Source: an uncultured delta proteobacterium
Lineage (GTDB): Bacteria > Desulfobacterota > RBG-13-43-22
Length of the DNA: 64,000 nucleotides
Direction: 5' to 3'
NCBI GenBank assembly: GCA_963790475.1
Contig: CAWBOS010000011.1
Span: forward strand, 1 to 64,000
Both the position numbers and the translations under genes were made by a program. Under the pieces are notes generated by a model. The model was given only the letters and a program-made list of their open reading frames with translations. It did no database searches and was not told the origin of the DNA. Of the stretch, positions 1 through 8,979 are shown piece by piece; position 1 is the first letter of the stretch, and each line of letters starts with the position of its first letter.

Positions 1-730
1 GAGTCTTTTGGAAAAAGAGATATCGGGGAAAGAGGTCAACGATCGGTTAGAAGGAATGCCTTCTTCCTACCTCCTTTCCACCCCTCCGGAGTCGATTGCC
101 AACCACCTGCGATTATTGCGACAGTTGGATGGTAAACCTTTTCTCTGGACCGTGGAAAAAAAGGAGGAGATCTATGAAATCTTTATCTGCTGCCACGATC
201 GTCCGGGTTTGTTTTCCAGGCTCACCGGTGTATTGTCCTTAAACAACATCAATATCCTGGGTGCTCAGATCTTTACCCGCCCGGACCGGGTAGCCCTGGA
301 TATTTTCCAGGTCAACCCCCCTTTGGACCCGTTGTTTGCCGATGAAACCTGGGAAAGGGTCTACGATCAGCTTTCCAGGGCCATTTCGGGGAAATTATCT
401 TTGGATTATCGCCTGGCCCAAAAGAAACCCGCGCTGGTCCTTTCGCTCGGCCCGAGAATCACAGCTGAAAGCCAGGTGCTTATCGACAACCATGGCTCGG
501 ATTTTTGCTCTATCATCGAGGTCTACACCGAGGACCGTCTCGGACTGCTTTACACCATTACTAAAACCCTTTCGGAGATGGAACTAAACATCTCTTTTGC
601 CAAGATATCAACCAAGGTCGATCAGGTGGTGGATGTGTTTTATGTGACCGATCTGGACGGCCAAAAGCTTTTTGACGAAGAAAGGTTGGAAGAAATTAAG
701 AAAGCGATCCTGTTCGCATTGACGGAGTAA
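1..730 (+). CDS. glnD: [Protein-PII] uridylyltransferase, C-terminal part (two ACT domains); 5' end lies outside the window
   Basis: ACT motifs DRPGLFSRLTGVL and DRLGLLYTIT...AKISTKVDQVVDVFYV; lies next to glnA/glnE. Confidence 0.9.
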   Translation, partial: SLLEKEISGKEVNDRLEGMPSSYLLSTPPESIANHLRLLRQLDGKPFLWTVEKKEEIYEIFICCHDRPGLFSRLTGVLSLNNINILGAQIFTRPDRVALDIFQVNPPLDPLFADETWERVYDQLSRAISGKLSLDYRLAQKKPALVLSLGPRITAESQVLIDNHGSDFCSIIEVYTEDRLGLLYTITKTLSEMELNISFAKISTKVDQVVDVFYVTDLDGQKLFDEERLEEIKKAILFALTE

Positions 731-903
731 TAAATAAAAAAAATAATAACAGTTTAGGAGCTTGAAAAGAGAGTTCTCACTCACCACAAAGCTTGCTATA
801 TTTTAGAAAGTAGTTAAGCCGTACAAAAAAGGCTATACTCTTTCTTGATTTGAGGTCCAATTTGCAAGTTGGTTAAACCCAAACCAAGGAAAGGAGTATA
901 GCC

Positions 904-2163
904 ATGAATAAGATTGAAACAAAAAAACTTAAGAAGGTCAATGAAAAAACCCTTATCGGTACCGTGGACATAGGCAAAACGACCAATATGGGATATGGCC
1001 GCTGTCCAGACCGGACGGAAATCAAACCTTTTGAGTTTTTCAATAATGATCAAGGATTTACGAAATTTTGGAATCGGATGGTTGAGGCCAAAGAGGCCAA
1101 TCACTTGGAAGAAATCGTGGTTGGTTTTGAATCCACCGGGTCTTATGGAGAACCCTTGCAACATTTTCTGATGAAACGGCCGGTGACACTGGTTCAGGTT
1201 AATCCTATGCATACGAAGAAGTTGAAGGAAGTCCAGGGTAACTCGCCCAATAAGACGGATAGGAAAGATCCCAAAGTCATTGCGGATATTATTGAGCTGG
1301 GTCATGCCCTTACCGTGGTCATTCCCGAAGGCGCGGCAGCTGAACTTCGCCGACTGACCCATGCCAGGGAGAGAGCCATACGAAGACGAACGGGCCTTTT
1401 GAACCAGATTCAGGATTTGGTCTTTATTGTCTTCCCCGAGTTTCTGCAAGTGATGAAGAATATTAAAACCCGCAGTGCCCAATATCTGTTGCGGCATTAT
1501 CCGTGCCCGGAAGATATTATCCAATGTGGTCTTGGGACCTTGAGGGCCACGCTGAGACGGGTTAGCCGAGGGAAGCTGGATAAAGAGCGAGCCCCGGCCC
1601 TTTATGCGGCCGCTGGCCATTCCGTAGGTCTTCAAGAAGGCCGCAAGGCGATTCTTTTTGAGATACGAGAACTTCTTTCTGAGATTGAATCTTCTGACCA
1701 GTTTATTGAGAAGGCGGAACAGGAGATGGCGGCCCTTCTTCCCGAGATCCCCTATAGTCATTCGATTCTGTCCTTGAAAGGGATAGGAGAGGTTACCACC
1801 GCCGGACTGATTGGAGAAGTCGGGGATTTTCGTAAATTTCATACGCTGGCTGAAGTCCTGAAGTTGGCCGGACTGAACCTCTTTGAAATCAGTTCTGGAA
1901 GGCACCAAGGGAATCGTCATATATCCAAAAGAGGCCGGTCGCTTCTTAGGAAAATCCTCTTTTTTGCCGCTATCAATACGGTTCGAAAAGGGGGAGTGAT
2001 GCATACGGCCTATCAAAGGCATCTGGATCAAGGAATGCCCAAGATCAAGGCCCTGGTAGCCATTGCCCGGAAGCTTCTCGGTGTTATTTTTGCCTTGGTG
2101 CGTGATCATAACGAATATATGGAAAATTATTCAAAAGGAGCAACGTTAAAACTGGCTGCTTAG
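904..2163 (+). CDS. IS110-family transposase/recombinase (RuvC-like DEDD N-terminal domain plus Transposase_20 C-terminal domain)
   Basis: GTVDIGK, GFESTG, KTDRKD, SLKGIG, SSG...ISKRG motifs; RBS AAGGAG upstream. Confidence 0.95.
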   Translation: MNKIETKKLKKVNEKTLIGTVDIGKTTNMGYGRCPDRTEIKPFEFFNNDQGFTKFWNRMVEAKEANHLEEIVVGFESTGSYGEPLQHFLMKRPVTLVQVNPMHTKKLKEVQGNSPNKTDRKDPKVIADIIELGHALTVVIPEGAAAELRRLTHARERAIRRRTGLLNQIQDLVFIVFPEFLQVMKNIKTRSAQYLLRHYPCPEDIIQCGLGTLRATLRRVSRGKLDKERAPALYAAAGHSVGLQEGRKAILFEIRELLSEIESSDQFIEKAEQEMAALLPEIPYSHSILSLKGIGEVTTAGLIGEVGDFRKFHTLAEVLKLAGLNLFEISSGRHQGNRHISKRGRSLLRKILFFAAINTVRKGGVMHTAYQRHLDQGMPKIKALVAIARKLLGVIFALVRDHNEYMENYSKGATLKLAA

Positions 2164-2174
2164 ACCTTCTTAGC

Positions 2175-2326
2175 GTGTAAGCGGAGAGATTATCGTTTGC
2201 GGCATCTAAGGCGACTAAGTCGACCTTCTCGCAGAGCTTAAATAACTCTCCGCTTGCACCTTAACCCCAATAAAGCAAGGTTAGAGCTCTGTTGAGACTC
2301 TCAAATTACCAGAGTTGGGCAAGGTG
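2175..2326 (+). ncRNA. Candidate bridge RNA (target-binding loop plus donor-binding loop) in the IS110 right end
   Basis: Stem 2175-2193/2242-2259 encloses TTTGCG..TCT and CGCAGAG (target matches). A second stem (~2257-2267/2317-2326) encloses AGCAAG..GCT and ACCAG (donor-junction matches). Confidence 0.72.
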
Positions 2327-2391
2327 TCACTCTAAGATAGTTACCAGTTTGTTTAATAATATTTAAAAAACTCTTGACAACAATAAACCAG

Positions 2392-2569
2392 ACGCAAAGA
2401 ACGCAAAGAGAATTATTATTGTTCAATCCCGTAGAGGGGATTGAACAAAACAGCCTTGGCCTCCGGCCAAATAATTACCCGGAGGGTAGCGAAGATTGTC
2501 GATTGCCGGCCCTCACCGGCAATCGATAAATTATCTTCTTTGCGTACTTTGCGCCTTTGCGGTGAAAAA
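2392..2569. repeat. Intergenic MITE/REP-like repeat family A (TTCACCGC..AG...GCGGTGAA ends); its left tip at ~780-789 was split off by the IS110 insertion
   Basis: Internal hairpins TTGTTCAATCCC..GGGATTGAACAA and GATTGCCGG..CCGGCAATC; homologous to 34462-34631. Confidence 0.8.
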
Positions 2570-2604
2570 TTTATTAATACAAAAAAACTAAGGAGGGAAA
2601 AACA

Positions 2605-4017
2605 ATGACCCCAAAAGAAGTAATGGACTTTGCCCGGAAGAACAAAACCAAGATGGTGGATTTAAAATTTTTGGATTTCCCCGGACTCTGGCAGCATTTC
2701 AGCGTCCCGCTGCATGAACTGGAAGAGGATTCCTTTGAAGCCGGATTCGGCTTTGACGGTTCGAGCATCCGAGGCTGGCAGCCGATCCATGCCAGCGACA
2801 TGTTGGTGGTCCCGGACCCGGATACGGCGGTGATGGATCCATTTATGGCTGTCCCGACCTTGAGCCTGATCTGTAATATCGTCGATCCGATTACCAAAGA
2901 GGCTTATAGCCGTGACCCCCGCAATATCGCCCGCAAAGCCGAGAACTATCTCAAGTTCACCGGTCTTGGAGATACGGCTTATATCGGGCCCGAGGCGGAA
3001 TTCTTTATTTTTGACGATATCCGTTTCGACGGTGGTTCCAATTTTGCCTTTTACGAGATCGATTCGGTAGAAGGGATCTGGAACAGCGGCCGGGCCGAAT
3101 CCCCTAACCTGGGATATAAACCGAGACATAAAGAAGGCTATTTCCCGGTATCCCCTACCGACAGCCAGCAAGACCTGCGGACCGATATGGTCATGGTCCT
3201 GGAGCAACTGGGCATAGAAATAGAGGCCCAGCATCATGAAGTGGCCACGGCCGGCCAAGCGGAGATCGACATGAAATTTCGGCCCCTGGTTCAGATGGGG
3301 GACCAACTCATGTGGTTTAAATATGTCTTAAAAAATGTGGCCAAAAAAAATAATAAGACCGTCACCTTTATGCCCAAGCCTTTGTTTGAAGACAACGGTT
3401 CCGGCATGCACACGCACGTCAGCCTCTGGAAGGGCGGCGTTCCCCTTTTTGCCGGTGATAAGTATGCCGGGTTAAGCCAGCAGGCCCTTTATGCCGCGGG
3501 TGGAATCCTGAAGCATGCCCGGTCCTTGTGCGCCTTTTGCAACCCGACCACCAATTCCTACAAGCGGTTAGTCCCCGGATTTGAGGCCCCGGTTAACCTG
3601 GCCTATTCCAGCCGGAATCGCAGTGCGGCTATCCGAATTCCCATGTATTCCGCCTCTCCTAAGGCCAAACGTTTGGAATTCAGGACCCCGGACCCGTCCT
3701 GTAACGGATACCTGGCTTTTTCAGCCATTCTCATGGCCGTCATCGACGGCATAGAAAACCGGGTCGATCCAGGGGAACCGCTGGATAAAGATATCTATGG
3801 AATGAGCCCTGAAGAATTGGCCAATGTCCCATCGGCCCCCGGTTCTCTGGAAGAGTCCCTGAATGCCCTGAAAGAAGACCATGAATTCCTGCTCCGGGGC
3901 GATGTTTTTACTTCCGATGTGATCGAAAAATGGATAGAATATAAAACCGAAGGGGAAGTCAATCCAGTGCGGTTGCGGCCTCACCCCCACGAATTCATGT
4001 TGTACTTTGATATTTAA
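2605..4017 (+). CDS. glnA: Glutamine synthetase type I
   Basis: [32 protein letters not shown] motifs; adenylylation-site region DKDIY. Confidence 0.97.
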   Translation: MTPKEVMDFARKNKTKMVDLKFLDFPGLWQHFSVPLHELEEDSFEAGFGFDGSSIRGWQPIHASDMLVVPDPDTAVMDPFMAVPTLSLICNIVDPITKEAYSRDPRNIARKAENYLKFTGLGDTAYIGPEAEFFIFDDIRFDGGSNFAFYEIDSVEGIWNSGRAESPNLGYKPRHKEGYFPVSPTDSQQDLRTDMVMVLEQLGIEIEAQHHEVATAGQAEIDMKFRPLVQMGDQLMWFKYVLKNVAKKNNKTVTFMPKPLFEDNGSGMHTHVSLWKGGVPLFAGDKYAGLSQQALYAAGGILKHARSLCAFCNPTTNSYKRLVPGFEAPVNLAYSSRNRSAAIRIPMYSASPKAKRLEFRTPDPSCNGYLAFSAILMAVIDGIENRVDPGEPLDKDIYGMSPEELANVPSAPGSLEESLNALKEDHEFLLRGDVFTSDVIEKWIEYKTEGEVNPVRLRPHPHEFMLYFDI

Positions 4018-4025
4018 TTAATAGA

Positions 4026-4146
4026 CGTTTGTCGTTAAGCGTTCGTCGTTCGTCGAACACTGCCGGAGACTAAAAAAGGTTCATAGGTTCGAGGATTCAA
4101 ATCCTTCGTTTGACGGAGTTGAACCTTGAACCTTGAACCTTGAACC
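4026..4146. repeat. Short heptamer tandem repeats (CGTTYGT-type; TTGAACC x4) between glnA and glnE
   Basis: ttgaaccttgaaccttgaaccttgaacc at ~4119-4146, with partly complementary ggttc units upstream. Confidence 0.6.
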
Positions 4147-4156
4147 TATTTTTAAA

Positions 4157-7048
4157 ATGACCGATGAAGCTCTCCAACTTCTAAACAGAATAACTGCCTT
4201 TTCCCCCTATCTCACCCATATCCTGCGTCAGGAGCCTTCCCTGGCCGATGAAATATTTGGCCGGGAAGGCTGGCGGGAAATAAGATCCTCGGCCCAACTC
4301 AAGCAAGATTTAGAAGAGAAAGTAGACGGTGTCAGGGACTTTCAAACCTTTTGTCTGATCTTGCGTCGTTTTAAACAAGGAGAAATCCTGCGGATTGCCG
4401 CCCAGGATCTGGGAAACCTAAGCACTGTCTCCCGGATCACGAAAAGCCTCTCGGTGCTGGCCCAGGTTTGTCTTGAGGCATCGGTCCGGTTTTGTCATTC
4501 CGAGCAGGCCGGACTTTCCGGGTCTGTCCCCCTTTCAAGATTGACTGAGGGATTGGTTGTCCTGGGAATGGGCAAATTGGGCGGAGAAGAGCTAAACTTC
4601 AGTTCCGATATTGACTTGATCTTTCTATATCGACCGGTCAGCCTTATACCCATCTCTTCCCTTGAGCAAAGGCAGTATTTCCAAATTGTCGCCGGACGGG
4701 TTGTTCTGGCCATGGGGGCCCAGATAGCCGGGGATCATGTGTTCCGGGTCGATCTGGGTCTTAGGCCGGGAGGAAAAGATTCCGACCTGGTCATCTCCTT
4801 CGATTCAGCGGTCGACTACTATCAAACAGAAGCCAGGACCTGGGAGCGTCTGGCCCTGCTCAAGGCCCGCCCCGTGGCCGGAAATATTATCCTGGGAAAA
4901 ACTTTTGTCAGAGAAGTCCAACCTACCATCTACAGAAAATTCATCGACTATTCGGTTCTTTCCGAAATCCGTTCCCTGAAAGAAAAAATTTTGGCAGAAA
5001 CCCGTTCTCACTTGCTGAAAGGCGATGATATCAAACTTGGTCCGGGCGGCATCCGGGAGATTGAATTTATCATTCAGGCCCTGCAGATGGTCTTTGGAGG
5101 CAAGATCCCATCGCTTCAGGAAAAAAACACCTTAAAGTCTTTAAACAAGTTGAAGGAGTCTCAAATCCTTCCCGAGCAGGAATACCGGCACCTGAGTCAG
5201 GCTTACCGGTTTTTAAGGGTTCTGGAACATCGCTTACAGATGGTGAATCAACAACAAACCCATTCCCTTCCCCGGGATCCGGAGGCCTTGGAGCGCATTG
5301 CCGGAGAAATGCCGATTCGATGGTTGAGACGTCCGGCTTCCTCAAAGGAATTATTCGCCGAGTTGAAGCGGGTCAGGCAAAATGTGCGATCGGCTTTTGA
5401 TAATCTTTTATTGACCCAGGCCGGGGTTTCCCATAAAAAAATCCGGCAATTATTGGAACCCTCCTTTGATCCTGAAGACTGGTCCACAGAGTTAAAGGTA
5501 TTGGGTTTTGTCCAGACCAATCCGATCCGGGAGATCATTCAATCCTGGGGTAAGCGATTGACGATCGCCCCTGCCCGGGAAAAGGAATTCTTAGAAAAAA
5601 TATATCCCCTTCTCTTAGGATTTGCCCTGCAAACGGTCAACCCGGATCAAAGCCTTTCTTTGGCCGACCGATTTTTATCCAGTGTGGGTGGTCGAACCGG
5701 CATCTTGGCCATGCTTTGGGAAAAGAGTTCACTGGCCAGGGAAATCATGGATCTCTTTGCCCAGAGTCAGATGCTGGGGAGGTTATTTATCCAGAATCCG
5801 GAAATGATGGATCATCTGGCCCTCCAAAAAACAATCGGCCTTCTTCCTCTCACCCTTAAGTCTTTACCTTCAAGAAAAAAAAAGGGACCTGGCAAGGACA
5901 AGGACCCGGAAGAGCGACTCTCTGTGCTCAGAAGGCAGAAAAGCGAACAATTCCTGGCCATAGCCTTGGAAGAACTGGCTGGGAGGATTTCTTATGTCGA
6001 AACTTCAGAGCGGTTGTCTTCCCTGGCCGACTATATCCTCAAGGGAACCCTGCCCCTGGCTGAAGACAGACTCAATCAGGAGGTGATCCATCCTATCTAT
6101 CCCAAACTGCCGGCCAAAATTCCTCCGGCTCCTTTCTGTGTCCTCGGATTGGGAAAGCTTGGGGGAGAGGAACTGGGTTATCTCTCGGACCTGGATCTGA
6201 TATTTATTTATTCCCTGAAAAGGCCCTTTATCTCGGAGGTAAAAACAAACCCTTCCCCGGTCAACACTAAAGGAGACCGAAAACGAATTACCTATCATGA
6301 ATATATGGTCCGGCTGGCTCAACGCCTTATTTCCTATCTCTCGGTTCCCTTAAAAGAAGGGCCGGGCTATACGGTCGATACCCGCCTGCGGCCCTCCGGA
6401 AGTTTTGGTCCCTTGATTGTCTCCCTCGAATCTTTTTCTGACTATTACCAACATCAGGCCCAAAACTGGGAGAAACAAGCCCTGCTGAAGGCCCGCGTCA
6501 TTGTCGGACCATCTCCTTTGGCTGAGCGCATCCGAGAATTTATCCAGACCTTGGTTTATGAGACACCGCCTCCGCCGGAAATACGGGAAGAGATGAACCA
6601 CTACCGAATCCGTATGGAAAAAGAAAGATCGGGAGAAGACCGTGGGCGTATCAATCCCAAATTGGGACATGGGGGTATGGCCGATATCGAATTTATTGTC
6701 CAATATCTCCAATGGACTTATGGATTAACCTCCCCTGAATTGAAGCAGAACAACACCCTGAAAACCTTGAAGGCCATAAGGGATACGGATTATCTGCCGG
6801 AGGAAACCTTTCTGCTGCTTAAAGAGGCCTATCAATTCCTGGGCCTGTTGGATCATGGACTGCAATTGCTGTATGACCGAAAAGGGGACCCCCGCACTTA
6901 TGATCCGGAGGAACTGAGACGGGTAGCGGAATTGAATGTCTTGGGCTTGGGCAGTGCTGATTTGCCTTCCTGGGATATGGTGGCCCATTACCATAAAGTC
7001 ACCGAGAAGGTCCGCCTGATCTTTAACCGGATTTTCTCAGGAGGGTAA
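4157..7048 (+). CDS. glnE: Glutamine synthetase adenylyltransferase/adenylyl-removing enzyme
   Basis: Duplicated GMGKLGGEELNFSSDIDL / GLGKLGGEELGYLSDLDL nucleotidyltransferase motifs; ATG at 4157 chosen over TTG at 4133. Confidence 0.95.
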   Translation: MTDEALQLLNRITAFSPYLTHILRQEPSLADEIFGREGWREIRSSAQLKQDLEEKVDGVRDFQTFCLILRRFKQGEILRIAAQDLGNLSTVSRITKSLSVLAQVCLEASVRFCHSEQAGLSGSVPLSRLTEGLVVLGMGKLGGEELNFSSDIDLIFLYRPVSLIPISSLEQRQYFQIVAGRVVLAMGAQIAGDHVFRVDLGLRPGGKDSDLVISFDSAVDYYQTEARTWERLALLKARPVAGNIILGKTFVREVQPTIYRKFIDYSVLSEIRSLKEKILAETRSHLLKGDDIKLGPGGIREIEFIIQALQMVFGGKIPSLQEKNTLKSLNKLKESQILPEQEYRHLSQAYRFLRVLEHRLQMVNQQQTHSLPRDPEALERIAGEMPIRWLRRPASSKELFAELKRVRQNVRSAFDNLLLTQAGVSHKKIRQLLEPSFDPEDWSTELKVLGFVQTNPIREIIQSWGKRLTIAPAREKEFLEKIYPLLLGFALQTVNPDQSLSLADRFLSSVGGRTGILAMLWEKSSLAREIMDLFAQSQMLGRLFIQNPEMMDHLALQKTIGLLPLTLKSLPSRKKKGPGKDKDPEERLSVLRRQKSEQFLAIALEELAGRISYVETSERLSSLADYILKGTLPLAEDRLNQEVIHPIYPKLPAKIPPAPFCVLGLGKLGGEELGYLSDLDLIFIYSLKRPFISEVKTNPSPVNTKGDRKRITYHEYMVRLAQRLISYLSVPLKEGPGYTVDTRLRPSGSFGPLIVSLESFSDYYQHQAQNWEKQALLKARVIVGPSPLAERIREFIQTLVYETPPPPEIREEMNHYRIRMEKERSGEDRGRINPKLGHGGMADIEFIVQYLQWTYGLTSPELKQNNTLKTLKAIRDTDYLPEETFLLLKEAYQFLGLLDHGLQLLYDRKGDPRTYDPEELRRVAELNVLGLGSADLPSWDMVAHYHKVTEKVRLIFNRIFSGG

Positions 7049-7334
7049 TAAAAAATAAGTTCTGAACAGGCACCGCGAGCGCACTCCCCGAAAGCCCAAT
7101 AAAATTCTCCTGCAAAGGAGGCTTATCCCTTTATCGTAGTTCCCTGATTTCCGCCCTCTTAATTATGCAAATTAGAACAGACGTCTCCTTTGTGGTCTTA
7201 AGCAGTTAGAAAGGCAACAAAACTTCAGCTTCTTATCAATAATATTTCACTTTTGACTCAAATTTATGGTACATTTCGGGAAAACCACTTAATTACATTG
7301 TTAGGCCAATATAATAGCGGCAAAGGAGAATGAA

Positions 7335-8681
7335 ATGAGTGATAACCTTAACTCACTAATTAAATTACTTATTTCTCCGCCAGATCCAAATTCAGAAAGG
7401 CAAGCGATTAACTCTTTACGCCAGATTAATGACCCAAGAACTTCTGCACTCTTGATTGACGTGTTGATGAAAACAAGTGACGGAATAGGGCCTCAAAAAA
7501 GTGCCGCCTATCTATTAGGCGAACGTAAAGACTTACAGAGCGTTGATACACTGATTAAACTTTTATCAAACGAAGATGGTGACCTAAAAATTGAAGCCAT
7601 CGAAGCGTTAGCCAAGATTGGGGATGGTAAAGCAGTGGCGCCTCTTGTTTCTATTTTGACTAATTCGAAAGAAGAAAGCCGGTGCAGGTCGGCAGCCACA
7701 CACAGCTTAGGGCTTCTGAAGGCAGACCGAGCTCTTTCTCACATAATTGCTGCTTTAAAAGACAAAGAACCGGGCATTCGTTCCAGTGCAGCAGAGGCTT
7801 TGGGTGATATTGGTAATTTACAAGCTGTCGATGATTTGATTAATGCCTTGAACGATGACACTGCCTCTGTGCGTAGCAGAGCGGCAGTTGCGCTGGGGAA
7901 AATGAAAGCTTCGCATGCTTTGGACTCTTTAATCCAAATATTGAATGACAAGGATTCAGTAGTTTGTGAAAAAGCAATATTTGCATTATCAAGCCTCGGA
8001 GATAAGAGAGCAATTAATCCCATAGTTGGTTCCTTGCGAAACAAGACGTCTTTCATCAGAAAGGCCGCTGCAGCCGCTCTCAATGAACTTGGATTTATTC
8101 CTTCAAATCAAACAGAAGAAGTTCGATATTATTTTGCTTTGCAGGATTGGAACAAACTAAAAGAGATAGGCCACCCTGCAAAAGATATGTTAGTCGATGC
8201 TTTGAGTTATAAGGATAAAGACGTTCATGATGGCGCGGCTATGGTTCTTAAACATATTGGTTGGAAACCTACGACTGTGGAACAACGGCAGGAGGTTAAA
8301 ACTCTAAAGCAAGAAGATAATGAGAATCGCACAAAAACAAAAGAAGGCTTATTGCAGGTTAGCATGGCAAGAATCAAGGATGGCATGGGTTTTGTCGTGG
8401 TTGGGTTAATTGGCGTCGGCCTGGCTTTCCTTGCTCATATCGTTGGTTTGTGGCAGTTGTATATCGCCATCGGTCTTCTTTTTATCGTTCCTATGCTGAA
8501 AGAAGGCATTGGTGGACTATTTCAGCTTTTTTATGGAATCGGCTTACTCATCAAGGCTATTATGTCCCCTGCCACTACCACAACATGTCCATATTGTCAA
8601 AGCTCATTTAGAGTCTTTACAAAGGTATCAAGTTATAATTGTTCAGCCTGCGGCGAAGTATTAATAAACAAGGCAAAATAG
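7335..8681 (+). CDS. HEAT/PBS-lyase repeat protein with C-terminal membrane helices and a CxxC-x-CxxC zinc ribbon (cassette 1)
   Basis: Repeated AA.ALG..GD..AV..LI..L.D units, hydrophobic segment, CPYC...CSAC; AT-richer than the flanks. Confidence 0.85.
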   Translation: MSDNLNSLIKLLISPPDPNSERQAINSLRQINDPRTSALLIDVLMKTSDGIGPQKSAAYLLGERKDLQSVDTLIKLLSNEDGDLKIEAIEALAKIGDGKAVAPLVSILTNSKEESRCRSAATHSLGLLKADRALSHIIAALKDKEPGIRSSAAEALGDIGNLQAVDDLINALNDDTASVRSRAAVALGKMKASHALDSLIQILNDKDSVVCEKAIFALSSLGDKRAINPIVGSLRNKTSFIRKAAAAALNELGFIPSNQTEEVRYYFALQDWNKLKEIGHPAKDMLVDALSYKDKDVHDGAAMVLKHIGWKPTTVEQRQEVKTLKQEDNENRTKTKEGLLQVSMARIKDGMGFVVVGLIGVGLAFLAHIVGLWQLYIAIGLLFIVPMLKEGIGGLFQLFYGIGLLIKAIMSPATTTTCPYCQSSFRVFTKVSSYNCSACGEVLINKAK

Positions 8682-8702
8682 TAAAAAGAGTGAATTATAA
8701 AC

Positions 8703-8769
8703 GGCCTAACACGGCGCTCAAGAGGGACGCGGCATAAAGCCGCCGCGCCCCTTAGCTTGATCGTAGGGC
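8703..8769 (+). other. attC site (cassette 1)
   Basis: GGCCTAAC ... GCTCAAG/CTTAGC L boxes with an extra base ... GTAGGGC (degenerate R'). Confidence 0.82.
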
Positions 8770-8979
8770 TCAACGAGAATAGGCGGTTATGAACGATCCT
8801 CAAGTCAAAACACTTCACTACCGGGTTGTGGTGGGAAAGAACGTGGACTACAATGGAGCTCAACCGCTGCACCAGATTACAGATGATTTTGAATTCCGCT
8901 TAGAAGAAAGCGCGGCGGTTTTCGGGATGCTAAGACACTACCCCACCGCTAATGAAGCTAGGGCAGTGGTGGAACTATA

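Larger units (their letters stand above)
790..2391 (+). mobile_element. IS110-family insertion sequence, copy 1 (1602 bp including both AG core dinucleotides)
   Basis: Ends defined by comparison with the inverted copy at 34632-36233: AG|CTTGCTATATTT...TTGACAACAATAAACC|AG. No terminal inverted repeats seen. Confidence 0.92.

Noticed and set aside
814-2109. 431-aa ORF antisense to the IS110 transposase (also 34914-36209)
   Set aside because: Shadow frame fully overlapping a clear transposase, with no recognisable motifs. Its duplication merely reflects the IS duplication.
2374-2605. Outward-facing IS110 -35 box creating a hybrid promoter for glnA
   Set aside because: The sequence 17 bp downstream of TTGACA is AAGAAC, not a -10 box.
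4026-4146. Possible CRISPR array or other spacer-containing repeat
   Set aside because: Only 7-bp tandem units without spacers. No cas genes or regularly spaced repeats were seen anywhere in the window.
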